In this document: one piece after another, positions 1 through 10,700 of the stretch
Numbering within the stretch: the stretch's first letter is position 1
Layout of the letters: every line of letters begins with the position of its first letter
Assembly (NCBI GenBank): GCA_904063045.1
Contig: CAJFCJ010000077.1
Span: forward strand, 21,229 to 74,748
Origin: Dimorphilus gyrociliatus
Taxonomy: Eukaryota > Animalia > Annelida
Reading direction: 5' to 3'
Length of the DNA: 53,520 nt
Notes under the pieces: model-generated
What the model was told of the DNA's origin: nothing
What the model saw: only the letters and a program-made list of their open reading frames with translations
Databases searched by the model: none
Translations under genes and position numbers: made by a program

Positions 1-2
1 CA

Positions 3-2150
3 GTGGAAAATACTTTTCAAATGCTCTGTCAAGGTTTAAAATTTTCTTCAAAATCTTTAAAACGAATTGACTTGCCCTGTTGTCATTTAAATTATGAGCT
101 AGCTAAATATTTGGCAAATTTATTTACCTTCTGTTCATCATTAGAAACAATTGATTTATCAGAGAATCAAAGAGCACGATATCCATTTAATATGATATGT
201 CATGGACTAGTCTCCTCTTCAGAAACTTTAAAACATATTAATTTGAGAAAAAGTGATTTAAATCCTCAGGCAGCTGAGCAGTTTGGAAAATTGTTTGCAT
301 GCTGTCCATCATTAGAAAGTATTGATTTATCAGAGAATGAAAATATGGGCTGTGAATTTAAAATGATATGTGATGGACTAAAATTTTCTTGCAACACATT
401 AAAACAAATTCAATTGAGAAAATGTGATTTATATTATGAACAAGCTAATTATTTGGGAAATTTAATTAGTTCCTGTTCATTATTAAACAATATTGATTTA
501 TCAGAGAATCAAAACATGGGTTATGAATTTAAAATGATGTGTGATGGACTAAAATCTTCTTCTCAAACATTAAAGCAAATTCAGTTGAGAAAATGTGATT
601 TAAATTATGAACAAGCTAAATACTTAGGAAATATGTTTAGAGTCTGTTCATCATTAGAAAATATTGATTTATCAGAGAACCAAAGCATGGGTTATGAATT
701 TAAAATGATATGTGATGGACTAAAATCTTCTTCTGAAACATTAAACCAAATTCAGTTGAGAAAATGTGGTTTAAATTATGAACAAGCTAAATATTTGGGA
801 AATTTGTTAAGCTTCTGTTCATCATTAGAAAATATTGATTTATCAGAGAATCAAAACATGGGTTATGAATTTAAAATGATATGCAATGGACTAAAATCTT
901 CTTGCAACACTTTAAAACAAGTTCAATTGAGAAAATGTGATTTTAATTTTCAGGCAGCTGAATGTTTAGCAAAGACATTTAGATGGTGTTCAAAAATAGA
1001 ATATATTGATTTGTCACAGAATCAGAGTATGGGGTATGGGCTTAAAAAGATATTTTATAGACAAAATTATTCATTTATGTGCCTAAAAGCAGTTGACCTT
1101 AGAAGGTGTGTTTTAAATAAGGAACAAGCTAAATATCTTGGAGAAACACTTAAACAGTGTTTCTTATTAGAAGTGGTTGATTTATCTGAGAATGAAAGCA
1201 TGAGATCCGGATTTAAAATGATATGTGAGGGACTCAAGTCTTCATTAGCCAATTTAAAACAAATTATGTTAATCTCTTGTTGTTTGAATTTTAAGCAAGT
1301 GGAACATCTTGGAAAATTCCTTAGCATGTGCTCATCAATTGAAGTTATCAATGTATCTAAGAATCAAACTATGGGAAAAAGATTCGAAGCCCTGTGTGAA
1401 GGACTAAAATCTTCTTTCAGAACTTTAAAACAAATTAGCTTTTCCTCTTGTGATTTGAGTTGTAGACAAACTGAATGTCTGGGAAAAACATTAAGAAAGT
1501 TTTTATCATTAGAAGTAATTGATTTGTCAGATAACCAAAGTGTGGGGTATAAATTTGAAAGTATATTTGAAGGAGTCAAATCTTCCTCAACCTCATTAAA
1601 ATGTATAGATTTGAGAAAATGCAATTTAAATTATAGCCAAACTATTAGCTTAAAAAAGACATTTAAACATTATTCAACATTGAAAATACTTGATTCACCT
1701 CTGAATGAAGGTACAGAAATGTTTTTTAAAATATGTTTTGGTCTTAAATCTTCCTTAAATACTTTAAAACGTATTGACTTGCCATCTTGCAATTTAAATA
1801 CTCACCAAGCCGATTATATTGGAGAAATATTTAAACTGTGTTTTCTATTAAGAGTCATAAATTTAAGTTCAAATGTAACAATGGGAAGAGGATTTAAAAA
1901 TATATGTCATGGACTCAAAACTTCTTCAAAGAATTTAAGAGAAATTTCATTGAACAATTGTGATTTAACCTTTAATCAAGCAGAATGGTTAGGAGAAATA
2001 TTTAGGCATTGTTCATCATTAGAATTGATTAATTTATCAAGGAATCCAAATATGGGAAATGGAGTTATGATGATATGTGATGGACTCAAAAATTCTTTAA
2101 AAACTTTAAAACAAATTGATTTGAAGCAATGTGACTTGAATGATAACCAA
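3..2150 (+). CDS. Ribonuclease-inhibitor-type (NLR-type) leucine-rich repeat array, about 12.5 bipartite 57-aa units; 5' end lies outside the window
   Basis: The open frame shows repeating SLExIDLSENQ / TLKQIxLRKCDLN units. The DNA motif attgatttatcagagaa recurs at 150, 321, 492, 663 and 834 (171-bp period). The repeat type matches the C-terminal LRRs of the NACHT genes at 36064 and 39838. Confidence 0.93.
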
Positions 2151-3547
2151 ATATTACATTCAAACTATTTATTTGGAACCATTGTTAGTTTTAACATTTC
2201 AACCATTAAAAACAGAGCTATACTGGATTATGATTTTATCAATCCTTCTTTACAAACTCTTAGAGGATGTTCCATTTATTCCTCTGATTCTTGTCCTCAA
2301 TCAAGTTTACCATTTAAAAAAGCTTTTCCAACAACAATTTATAGATCTAAGAGTGTTGATATTGGTGTTGAACTTGGATTTTATGCTGATGAACTAAAAT
2401 CACAGAAACATATGTTTGATATTAATTTTGAAACATCAAATACAAATAAGAACCAAAGCAGGATGACTGAAAGTCTTTTGAAAAATTGTAACAACTTTTT
2501 AAATTTCCTTTTTCTTTTTTTTTTTAAAATGATATTTTTCCTTTCAGATGAATGTATGGAATATTTGAATAGAATTGAAAGAAATTCTAATTTGAAAGAG
2601 AATCTAGATAGGAGGAAAGGGCATATACATTCTGTTGTTAATTGGCATGAGAATTATGTAGAAATATTTCTATTCATGAAAAGACAGCAAACATTTTCTT
2701 ATTCTGATATTGGAATTAGTATGGTTTTAACAGAAACCTTCTCAGAAAAAGATATTCTTTTTCTTATTAAAATTTTTCCAAATACTATTGAAGTAATCAA
2801 TGATTTAATGATTGAAAAAGAATTAGGCTGGTTAACTGTTCCATTTTTCAAATTAAATTCTGAACTTACTGATAATTATTTACTAGATGGAGACTGGATG
2901 TCTTTTAAATTACTTCCTTTTCACACTTATCATTACCATAGTGATAATACTTTTGAAAGAAAGTCATTCTTTTTCTGTTTATATGTATTAAAAAGCCTGT
3001 GTGAAGGACTAAAATCTTCTTTCAGAACTTTAAAACAAATTAGCTTTTCCTCTTAGATAAATACATAAAACTGGAACAATTTCTACAACTGGCCACAAAT
3101 AGTTGATATATAATTTTTAATTTATTCATTCAAATATATTACCTCAATTCAAATTTTCTTTTTTGTTTTCAAGGTATCAAAGGATCTATTCATTTTGAAA
3201 TTCCTGGCATTGATATATCTAAATTTGAATCCAGTGTTACTCTAAAAATAGAAAATACTAAGGGTGGAACTTCAACGAGTTTATTTGATAATTTCATTTG
3301 CTATAAAGAAATAGGAAAAAAATTAGATAAAGATGAAAATGATGATAAATGCCCAAAGAATTTTATTACATTTACAGAAAAAAATAGTAATTAATTTTTA
3401 AAAACTTAGTTTCAAAATTTAAAGTTTAATTTTTGTTTTTTTTTTTTTTTTTTAAATTCAACAGAAAATCAAGTTAGTTTACCCTTTTCTTTTGTAAGTG
3501 AAAGTTTTTTAGAGGATCCTGAACTATTGAAACAAATTGATGATTCG
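2151..3547 (+). CDS. Non-LRR linker exons (about 400 aa) between the LRRs and the caspase; possible ZU5-UPA (FIIND-like) domain
   Basis: In frame with the LRRs. Predicted introns: 2488-2547 (60 bp, in frame, GT..cag), 2941 or 2977 to 3173, 3387-3464 and 3548-3609; all are phase-compatible. Motif GHIHS...YVEIF...TFSYSDIGI followed by FLIKIFPNTIEVINDLMIEKELGW. Confidence 0.55.
2996..3054 (+). repeat. Exact 59-bp copy of LRR-coding sequence 1391-1449
   Basis: cctgtgtgaaggactaaaatcttctttcagaactttaaaacaaattagcttttcctctt is identical at both positions and in the same reading frame. Confidence 0.97.
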
Positions 3548-3609
3548 GTTTTGTATATAATTTATTAATTATATTGTAATTTATTATTTTTTTTTTTTCA
3601 ATATTTTAG

Positions 3610-4567
3610 TCCTTATTTGATACTAGAGGAAGGCATAAAGCTATAATTATTGTTATCACAGAGAACAGGGAGGTTGGAACAAGGACTGATTTACTCAATC
3701 TTTATGCAGTTTTTAGCAGTTTAAATTATGAAATAGAAGAATGGAAAGATGTTAATAAAAAAGAATTATTAAAAAAAATTAGACATTTGAAAGTGATAGA
3801 AGAGCGGAACAAAGATAACTTAATTAAATCTTTAATTGTGGTTATTCTAGCTCATGGAATAAATGATCATATTATACTAGAAAATGATAAAATATCATTT
3901 GAAGATGTATTATGCCAATTTGATGCTGATTCTTTTCCAATACTTACAGATATTCCAAAAATATTTATTTTTCAAGCTTGTAGAAAAAAAGAATCATCCA
4001 GAGCAATAGGTTTGTTTTATTATATTTATTCACTTTAAAACCAATAGATCAGACCATATAAAATAATGACCTTTGACCAGTACTGTAAAAAGTATATTGT
4101 AACTAAAACTATTAAATAATATTTTCAAATATTCAATAGTAGACCAAGGCAATTCCAGACCCCTTCAAACAGATGCTTCACCTACTTCAGTTCAAAATTA
4201 TCTTCCTTTACAAGAACCAAAAAAGGTGCAATTTCATGAAATGTATTCAACTCTTAAAGGTATTTGTTAATAATTTTTATTGGTTAGAAAATCTTTTGTA
4301 AATTCTTTTGATTTTTTTTTCAAAATAGGAGAAGCAGCTTACAGAACTAAGAGTGGCAGTATTTATATTAGGGGATTCATTCTAGCTATGTGCTATTTAC
4401 AAGAAAGCCGTTTGAGAACTATCCAACAAGTTACAAAATATGTAAACTTTTGGGCAAATCAATCTACAGAAAACATGATACCTAACCAAGTTCCAATTAG
4501 AACAGAAACTCTTTCAAAGGATTACTTTTTCTTTCCACAAAAAAATGAAGGTCAAAAACAAAGTTGA
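3610..4567 (+). CDS. Caspase (peptidase C14) catalytic domain, p20 + linker + p10, in three exons: 3610-4009, 4143-4259, 4329-4567
   Basis: p20 motifs RHKAIII, REVGTRTDL, VVILAHG (catalytic His) and PKIFIFQACRK (catalytic Cys). Linker LQTDA. p10 motifs YSTLKGEAAYR..SGSIYI and ETLSKDYFFF. Phase-1 GT-AG introns at 4010-4142 and 4260-4328. Confidence 0.92.
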
Positions 4568-5225
4568 AAAGGTGACTTTAGTTTGTTGTAAATATATTTT
4601 AGAAAACTATAGACTTAATTCATTACTAATTTGAAATTACAGGTTAAAATATTCCTGTATCATAACTTTACATTTTACCTTGTCTTTGCTCAATCCAACA
4701 AGTTTTATCCTTAATATTTTTTTTATGTAAATAATGTAGTTCATATATCTGAAAACTAAACTTTGCACCTTAGTTGTTTTATTCTTTAAATAAATTTCAT
4801 CTTCTAAAACTTTTTATCTGAGATATTCTTTTCATAAAAAAAATATTTCCAAATTGCCATTTGGGACATTCTTTCCAATTTGTGATGTTCTTTTGGAATT
4901 GGTGTACCGGAATTACTTTATATACATAATTTCTGAGCTGTTTACCAATTAATAATAAAATTAGTTTTAACTGACAAAGAACATGGAAAAGATGCATTTC
5001 AAAATTGTTACATCTTATTCAATACCAGATGCTGAAGAGGAAGGCTTATTTTGGAATTGGCACATGTTCAACAGAACCTGGACAAAACGTCCCATTGACA
5101 AACCATTTTGTGCCTCTCATTCATTGTTGGTTGAATGTAATAAAACTTTCTGAATTGGACTCTCAGAAAAATGAAAATTGTGTATAAATTAATTTTTCCA
5201 CTGGCTCTATTAATTATGAACATTT

Positions 5226-6181
5226 TTAACAACCACAATGGGTTTTTTCAACAACCCTGTCCATTTTAAACCTGTTATGATTATCTTGTTTAATCAAGTA
5301 GTTTTTGAAAACTTTACCAGTTTTCTCTACGAACTACTATTTTTTATCAGTGTACTTTCCTATCATGGGGTTGTAGATTGCTATTTAAATGTATTCTGTA
5401 GTAATAATAGTTTTTTATAGGCTTGTATTAAAAATGGACTAAGATAAATGTTAAAAAAGCAATTAAATTTTCAATTCTCTTCATATAGGTTAGATTGGTT
5501 TTTTCTTGTTATATATATTTAAAAAAAATCCACATTTTTCCATAAATACTCTGATATTTTAAATGGTTTTAAAATATCATTAACATTTATCAACCAACAT
5601 TCAGCTTGGTTCCTCACTACATTTTTTCCAAAAAATTAAATTTGTATCAACTGCAATTGAAATAACTTTTGATCCATTTTCCTTGTTTGATTGAACTTGG
5701 GAGTAAAAATTGTATTCCTTTTTCCCTATGTTGCCAATAAGTCCATCCATTTCTTTATAGTCTTTAGGTGACAGTTTAAAACTTACATCTAAATGAATTT
5801 CTGATAAAGAATGAGAAAATTTCTGTATTTGAATCATTTTTTCAAAATAAACTAAAGATTTTATAAATATTTGATTTTTTGTTATTAAATATTCAAATAT
5901 TTTAGATCTGACGATAGTCTTTTGTATATTTCCATTCCAGTCTAAAATTTGTCCATTGTCAAGAAGAATAGTATCAGTTGATGTTGTTATATTACCAAAA
6001 TCCGATTTTATAAAAATTCTATGAATGTAATAATCATCTTGAAATCATCCGATTTAGTATTAAACATAAACAAACTGGCACTGTGTAGCACCAAGTATCT
6101 TCTCTGCTTGGATATATTGTTTATAATCTTGTGTAACTATGCCAACAAAATCAATTCCTAGTTTAAAGTCACTAAAAGCAG
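5226..6181 (-). pseudogene. Degraded coding remnant resembling the inter-alpha-trypsin inhibitor heavy-chain C-terminal / vWD-like domain
   Basis: Acceptor tttatag, then AFSDFKLGIDFVG, a frameshift, then DDYYIHRIFI..DTILLDNGQILDW..EIHLDVSF..EMDGLIGNIG. Several stops; the remnant ends KTHCGC*. Confidence 0.35.
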
Positions 6182-7770
6182 CTATAAAAAAAAACTTTTG
6201 TAAATATACTCCAATAAAACCAGTAATTTTTTAACTAACAAGATAAGATACTAAGAAACATCAAGGAAAAAGAGAAATAATTTAAATTGCTCTCCATTTC
6301 TCTTTTTTAAATTGTTCTCTTCCAAACCATTCAAATTTTGTATTTATATATAAAAATATATGAATAAAAGAGTCTCTCATGACCACAAAAAAAGAAATCT
6401 TTTTTCAAACATTGCTTACTCTGTTTACTTGAATTGTATTGTATGAAAAAAAATAGAGACCTCTCATAGAGACAGGACCAACCAATATTTTGAGTTATGT
6501 AGCAGACATTGAAAAGTTCTTTGCATACAGCAGTTGGCTTGTTTGTTAGTGTTAAATAGGAAACACCCTGAAAATTTAGACTAATTTGATACTGAGCTGT
6601 CTTTATTTTGTGAGTGAGGAGTTATTATGAAAATTCTATAAATAACTTTGTCTTTGAACATGCTGTAGAATGTTCTGAAGGCCAAATGACGCTTAGTTTG
6701 ATAGAAGAACTTTTTGAATGTAAGATCGGATCCTAAAGGAGAGAGATGAACACAAGCTAATTCAACAATAGTTCTCATAATAATGTTCCAGAGGAAATTT
6801 TGGTACTGATTCAATTGACTTACATTTTAAATTTATTAATATTATTCTTATAGATATGATGGTATTGCGCAATCAATGCTTTTATTAAACATTCATATAA
6901 AATAATATTGTCTCAAGTCTACTAAGTTTCCTTAAGAGCATTTATCAGAAGCTGAAATACACACCAGTTATGTTTTAACTTGCAAATGCATAAACTTGTC
7001 AAGCTGAAACAATACAAATTTAGTACAAAACAAAGTAAGGCCTTTTTACAATATAAATAATTCCAGTAGGAAATGACAAGCCTGCTGGATAAGTTACTTG
7101 AACGGAATTAGGTGAATAATCATTCAAATACATTCATTAAATATTCAATTCTCCTTAGCTAACTATGTCCAATAAAAACAGAATTGTTTTTAAATTGATC
7201 TTCATTATATTATTTTCTAATTGCCCTCCTATTAAAATAATCTACAATTATATAAATATAGTTGATAGCCTTTTGTAATCTGAAATCCTAATAAGTGGCA
7301 ATTTTACTAATATGCTTTATTGAAAATATAGACTTGAGGTCAGTATTACAGGGGAATTTCCTTTTTTGCTTACATTACCAGGTTGTACTGATACCCTGAA
7401 GTCATTTTCCTAAAGTGTTGTCCTCCTAGCTGTGTTAGGGTTTGAGATTAGCAATGGCGTCTGCAAACACCAAATGATGGCACCACTTGACAATGAACAC
7501 ACAAATGAAATCATCTCTTTGAACTTTCATAGTCCTACCTAACACAATGACCTTGTTAAGTATTGATATTAAATACTATTGAGTTAAGTCTACAGTTTTC
7601 TAAAAAACATTTTTATCCTTTAGAAAACCTTACAAAATGTATGGCCTGATGCTATTTTGACTGGGTGTTTTTTTTCCTGGTTACATGAAATATTAAGAAA
7701 AATACAGGTTCACTATTTCTAAAAATGTTCATTATTTAATTCAATATATGCTTTCTTTTCAGGAATTTGG

Positions 7771-10700
7771 TTATAGAAAGAATTTAGAAAAGAAGAGGAA
7801 ACTTTGGAGTTCATGAAAATGATTATGGTTATATAATAGAAGTGTTGAAATAGATGTTGCCTCTAGAGTAGAAGGTAATGAACTACCAGAATCAACCTCT
7901 TTTATAGGCAAAGGATATGATGCTACATAAACAAACATGTTGACAACAACAACAAGTGTTTATTTAAAAAAAAATCACATTAGTGATACATATCAAGAAA
8001 TCAAGAAAAAAAATTATTAGTAAAGAACAAACTGTCATAATTATGTAAAAAGAATCCTGATTTACATTTCAAACATATTCTACCATGTGCACACATTCCA
8101 CATCCAGTAATTGAACATGAAATGCATGCTAGTTTATCATCTTGCAGAGCAAATCCTATACTACACGTATCACATTTTGCTTTTCCACCTAAAGGAGTTG
8201 GTCCACAAGTTGAGCAATTGGCAAAAGCAGCTTCAGAACATGGGATACAAGTTCCATCAGTTTTTAGTGAAAATGATTTTGAAATGCATTTTGTACATCT
8301 TGTTGTCTTATCAGCATTGGCTGTACATGTTTCACAATTTGATGGACATGGTACACAAGTTCCATCCAATGCCTTGGCATATTTGTCATAACACTTTGTA
8401 CATTCATATTTCTGATTGTATGAACATTCTTTACAGAATTTTGGACAATGACCACAATCATCACTATTCAAATAAAACTTATTTGAACATGTTAAACAAA
8501 CCAAATCACTTCCACCAGATGGAACAGAACATGTTTGACAATCTCCAATACCACATAAATCACACAAAGCTCCTTTCAAGTCATATTTTGCAAGACAACT
8601 TGTACATTCAACTGATGCTCCATTGAGAGAACAAACACTGCAACCAGTTGGACAAGGCAAACACAAATTATCAGTTGTTTTGTAATATTGTGCTATACAA
8701 GATAAACAAGTAAATTTGCTTGTTGCAGCATCAAATGAACATCCACTACAACCAGTAGGACATGTTTTACATTCACCATTTGAAAGTATTGAAGTTGCTC
8801 TATTACATGATGAACAAGTAGTCTTTTCATTACTTCTGGTTGATGCAAGACAACCAGCTTTATTGTTGTAGCATTTTTGATCACTAGAATCAAGGAAATA
8901 ACCAGAATTACATTGTCCAGTATCACACTTGTCTTTTCCATTTGTTGAGCAGCTCTTACAATTAGGATTGCATTCTAAAAATATAAGTTTATAATTCCTG
9001 TTTAATAATTTATTGATAAAGAAATAATGCTTATAATATTTTCATACTTTCACATGCTACTGGTGTTGTAATAGTGTTTAATGTATATCCTGTTTTGCAT
9101 ATCTTTGGTATGAGGGTGTCACTAGTTGCTGTCTCATATGCACATCTTGAAACTCCACTACCAGTACATTGTATGCAAGTTCCTTCTGTTCTATGTCTGA
9201 TATATCCATCCTTACAACCATTTGGAATACAAGTTGTTCCATCCACACAGAAATCACATCCAAATACACATGACTGACATACACTATTACTATCCATATA
9301 ATATGCAGTATTACATTTCAAACATTTCAGAGTATCACCAATTTGTTTAACACATATGTCACAACCAGTAAGAGAGGCACATGAATCACAATTGAACTCG
9401 CTATCTCTTAGAGCAGCAGCTCCACATCCAAATGATAGACATAGTGCTCTAGTGCTCTTGTTTGATCATCAGGATCAATTCTGCAATCAGAGCACACATG
9501 TGGTGACTATGGACATTGAATACAAAGTCCTACATTATTGAGTGCATAACCAGCTGAACAAACTGTACATTTATTATCAGTTGTAGCAGAACCTCCAGAT
9601 GTATCAACTGTGCAGGTTTGACATCCTGTACCACATGCCATTTAGCTGTACCTCTGAACATCCTGTTTTGCCAGCAGTTACACAAGCAATACAATCATCT
9701 CCAGCACTATTTATTAATCTTGAAGCACCGCAATCACATGTGCATGTTGTTGCTCCAGCAGCAACTACTTTTGTTCCTCCAGTACAAGGTTTTGAGGAAA
9801 CCACACATGACAATCCATCTTCAGCTAAAATATATGCACCTGTGCAGGTTGTACATGCTACTACATAAACTCCATTTTTAAGTTTCAATGTGTGAGCAGA
9901 ACAGTTGGGAATTTCATTATTTTCTGTGCATCCTGATAATGTAGGATGTTTATGGTATACTTTTCCTGCTGCATCAGCAGTACATCTTCCACACATACAT
10001 GTACCTCCCGAAGATACAGCAAGTGTGCAATGATCCAATCCAGCAGCAGTACATGATATACAATCATATTTTGTTGGAGAATAATCAAGAACAAATCCAG
10101 TATCACATCCCGCACATCGGCCACTATTTGCTGGAGCAACTGATGCTGCTGATGCAAAATATCCTTTGCAGTGCTGTAGGATCAGCTGTAATAACTGACA
10201 TTACTGATCCAGTATCTAACATTTTTCCTGCTGCAGCAACCATACAGACAACTGCACCTCCTGCAATTGAGTAGTTCTCTTTGCATCCAGTTACTGAATC
10301 ACATCCACTTGATGTTACTATTTCTTTGTTATTAGCACATTTTACACAATCAAGAGTACCTCCTCCAGCATTATTATATTGTTGTAAACAACCAGCTATA
10401 TGAGGGCCAGCAGGCGCACCAGGAACACAATCTCCAATTCTTTTATTTGTATTTGCTACAACGCTTGGATCTGCTGTGGCAAATGTATCAGAGCATCTAA
10501 TACATTTACAATCTGCAACAGGTGCTGGTCAGCAACTGATGCCCATTTTGTATCACAATTGGAAACAGAAGCAGGAGTACATGTAGCTACTGGCGTTTGA
10601 CTGTCAATACCAAGTTTATTTGGATCTGTACAAGCTGTACAAAATACTGGATTAACACCTTCAACATCACAATCAGAACAACCAGCAGGGCAAGGTGCGC

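Noticed and set aside
1067-1624. Minus-strand ORFs within the LRR array, and similar ones at 38379-38795 and 39650-40075
   Set aside because: Antisense shadows of LRR coding sequence.
150-2150. Regularly spaced repeats as a CRISPR array
   Set aside because: The 171-bp period is protein-coding LRR units with no unique spacers; the context is eukaryotic and no cas genes are present.
4990-5150. Short plus-strand frame MHFKIV..LFWNWHMFNRTWTKRP
   Set aside because: About 50 codons with no recognisable motif or splice support.
7790-7850. Possible 1-bp frameshift hiding a hydrophobic GPI/TM tail (STLLLITIIIFM) in the Cys-rich gene
   Set aside because: Requires an assumed indel; the existing frame already ends in a hydrophobic FLFFSKFFL*, so it cannot be supported.
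8111-10600. Plus-strand ORFs overlapping the Cys-rich gene (e.g. 8111-8626, 9599-9868, 9999-10274)
   Set aside because: Antisense shadows of repetitive TGT/ACA-rich coding sequence, with no motifs.
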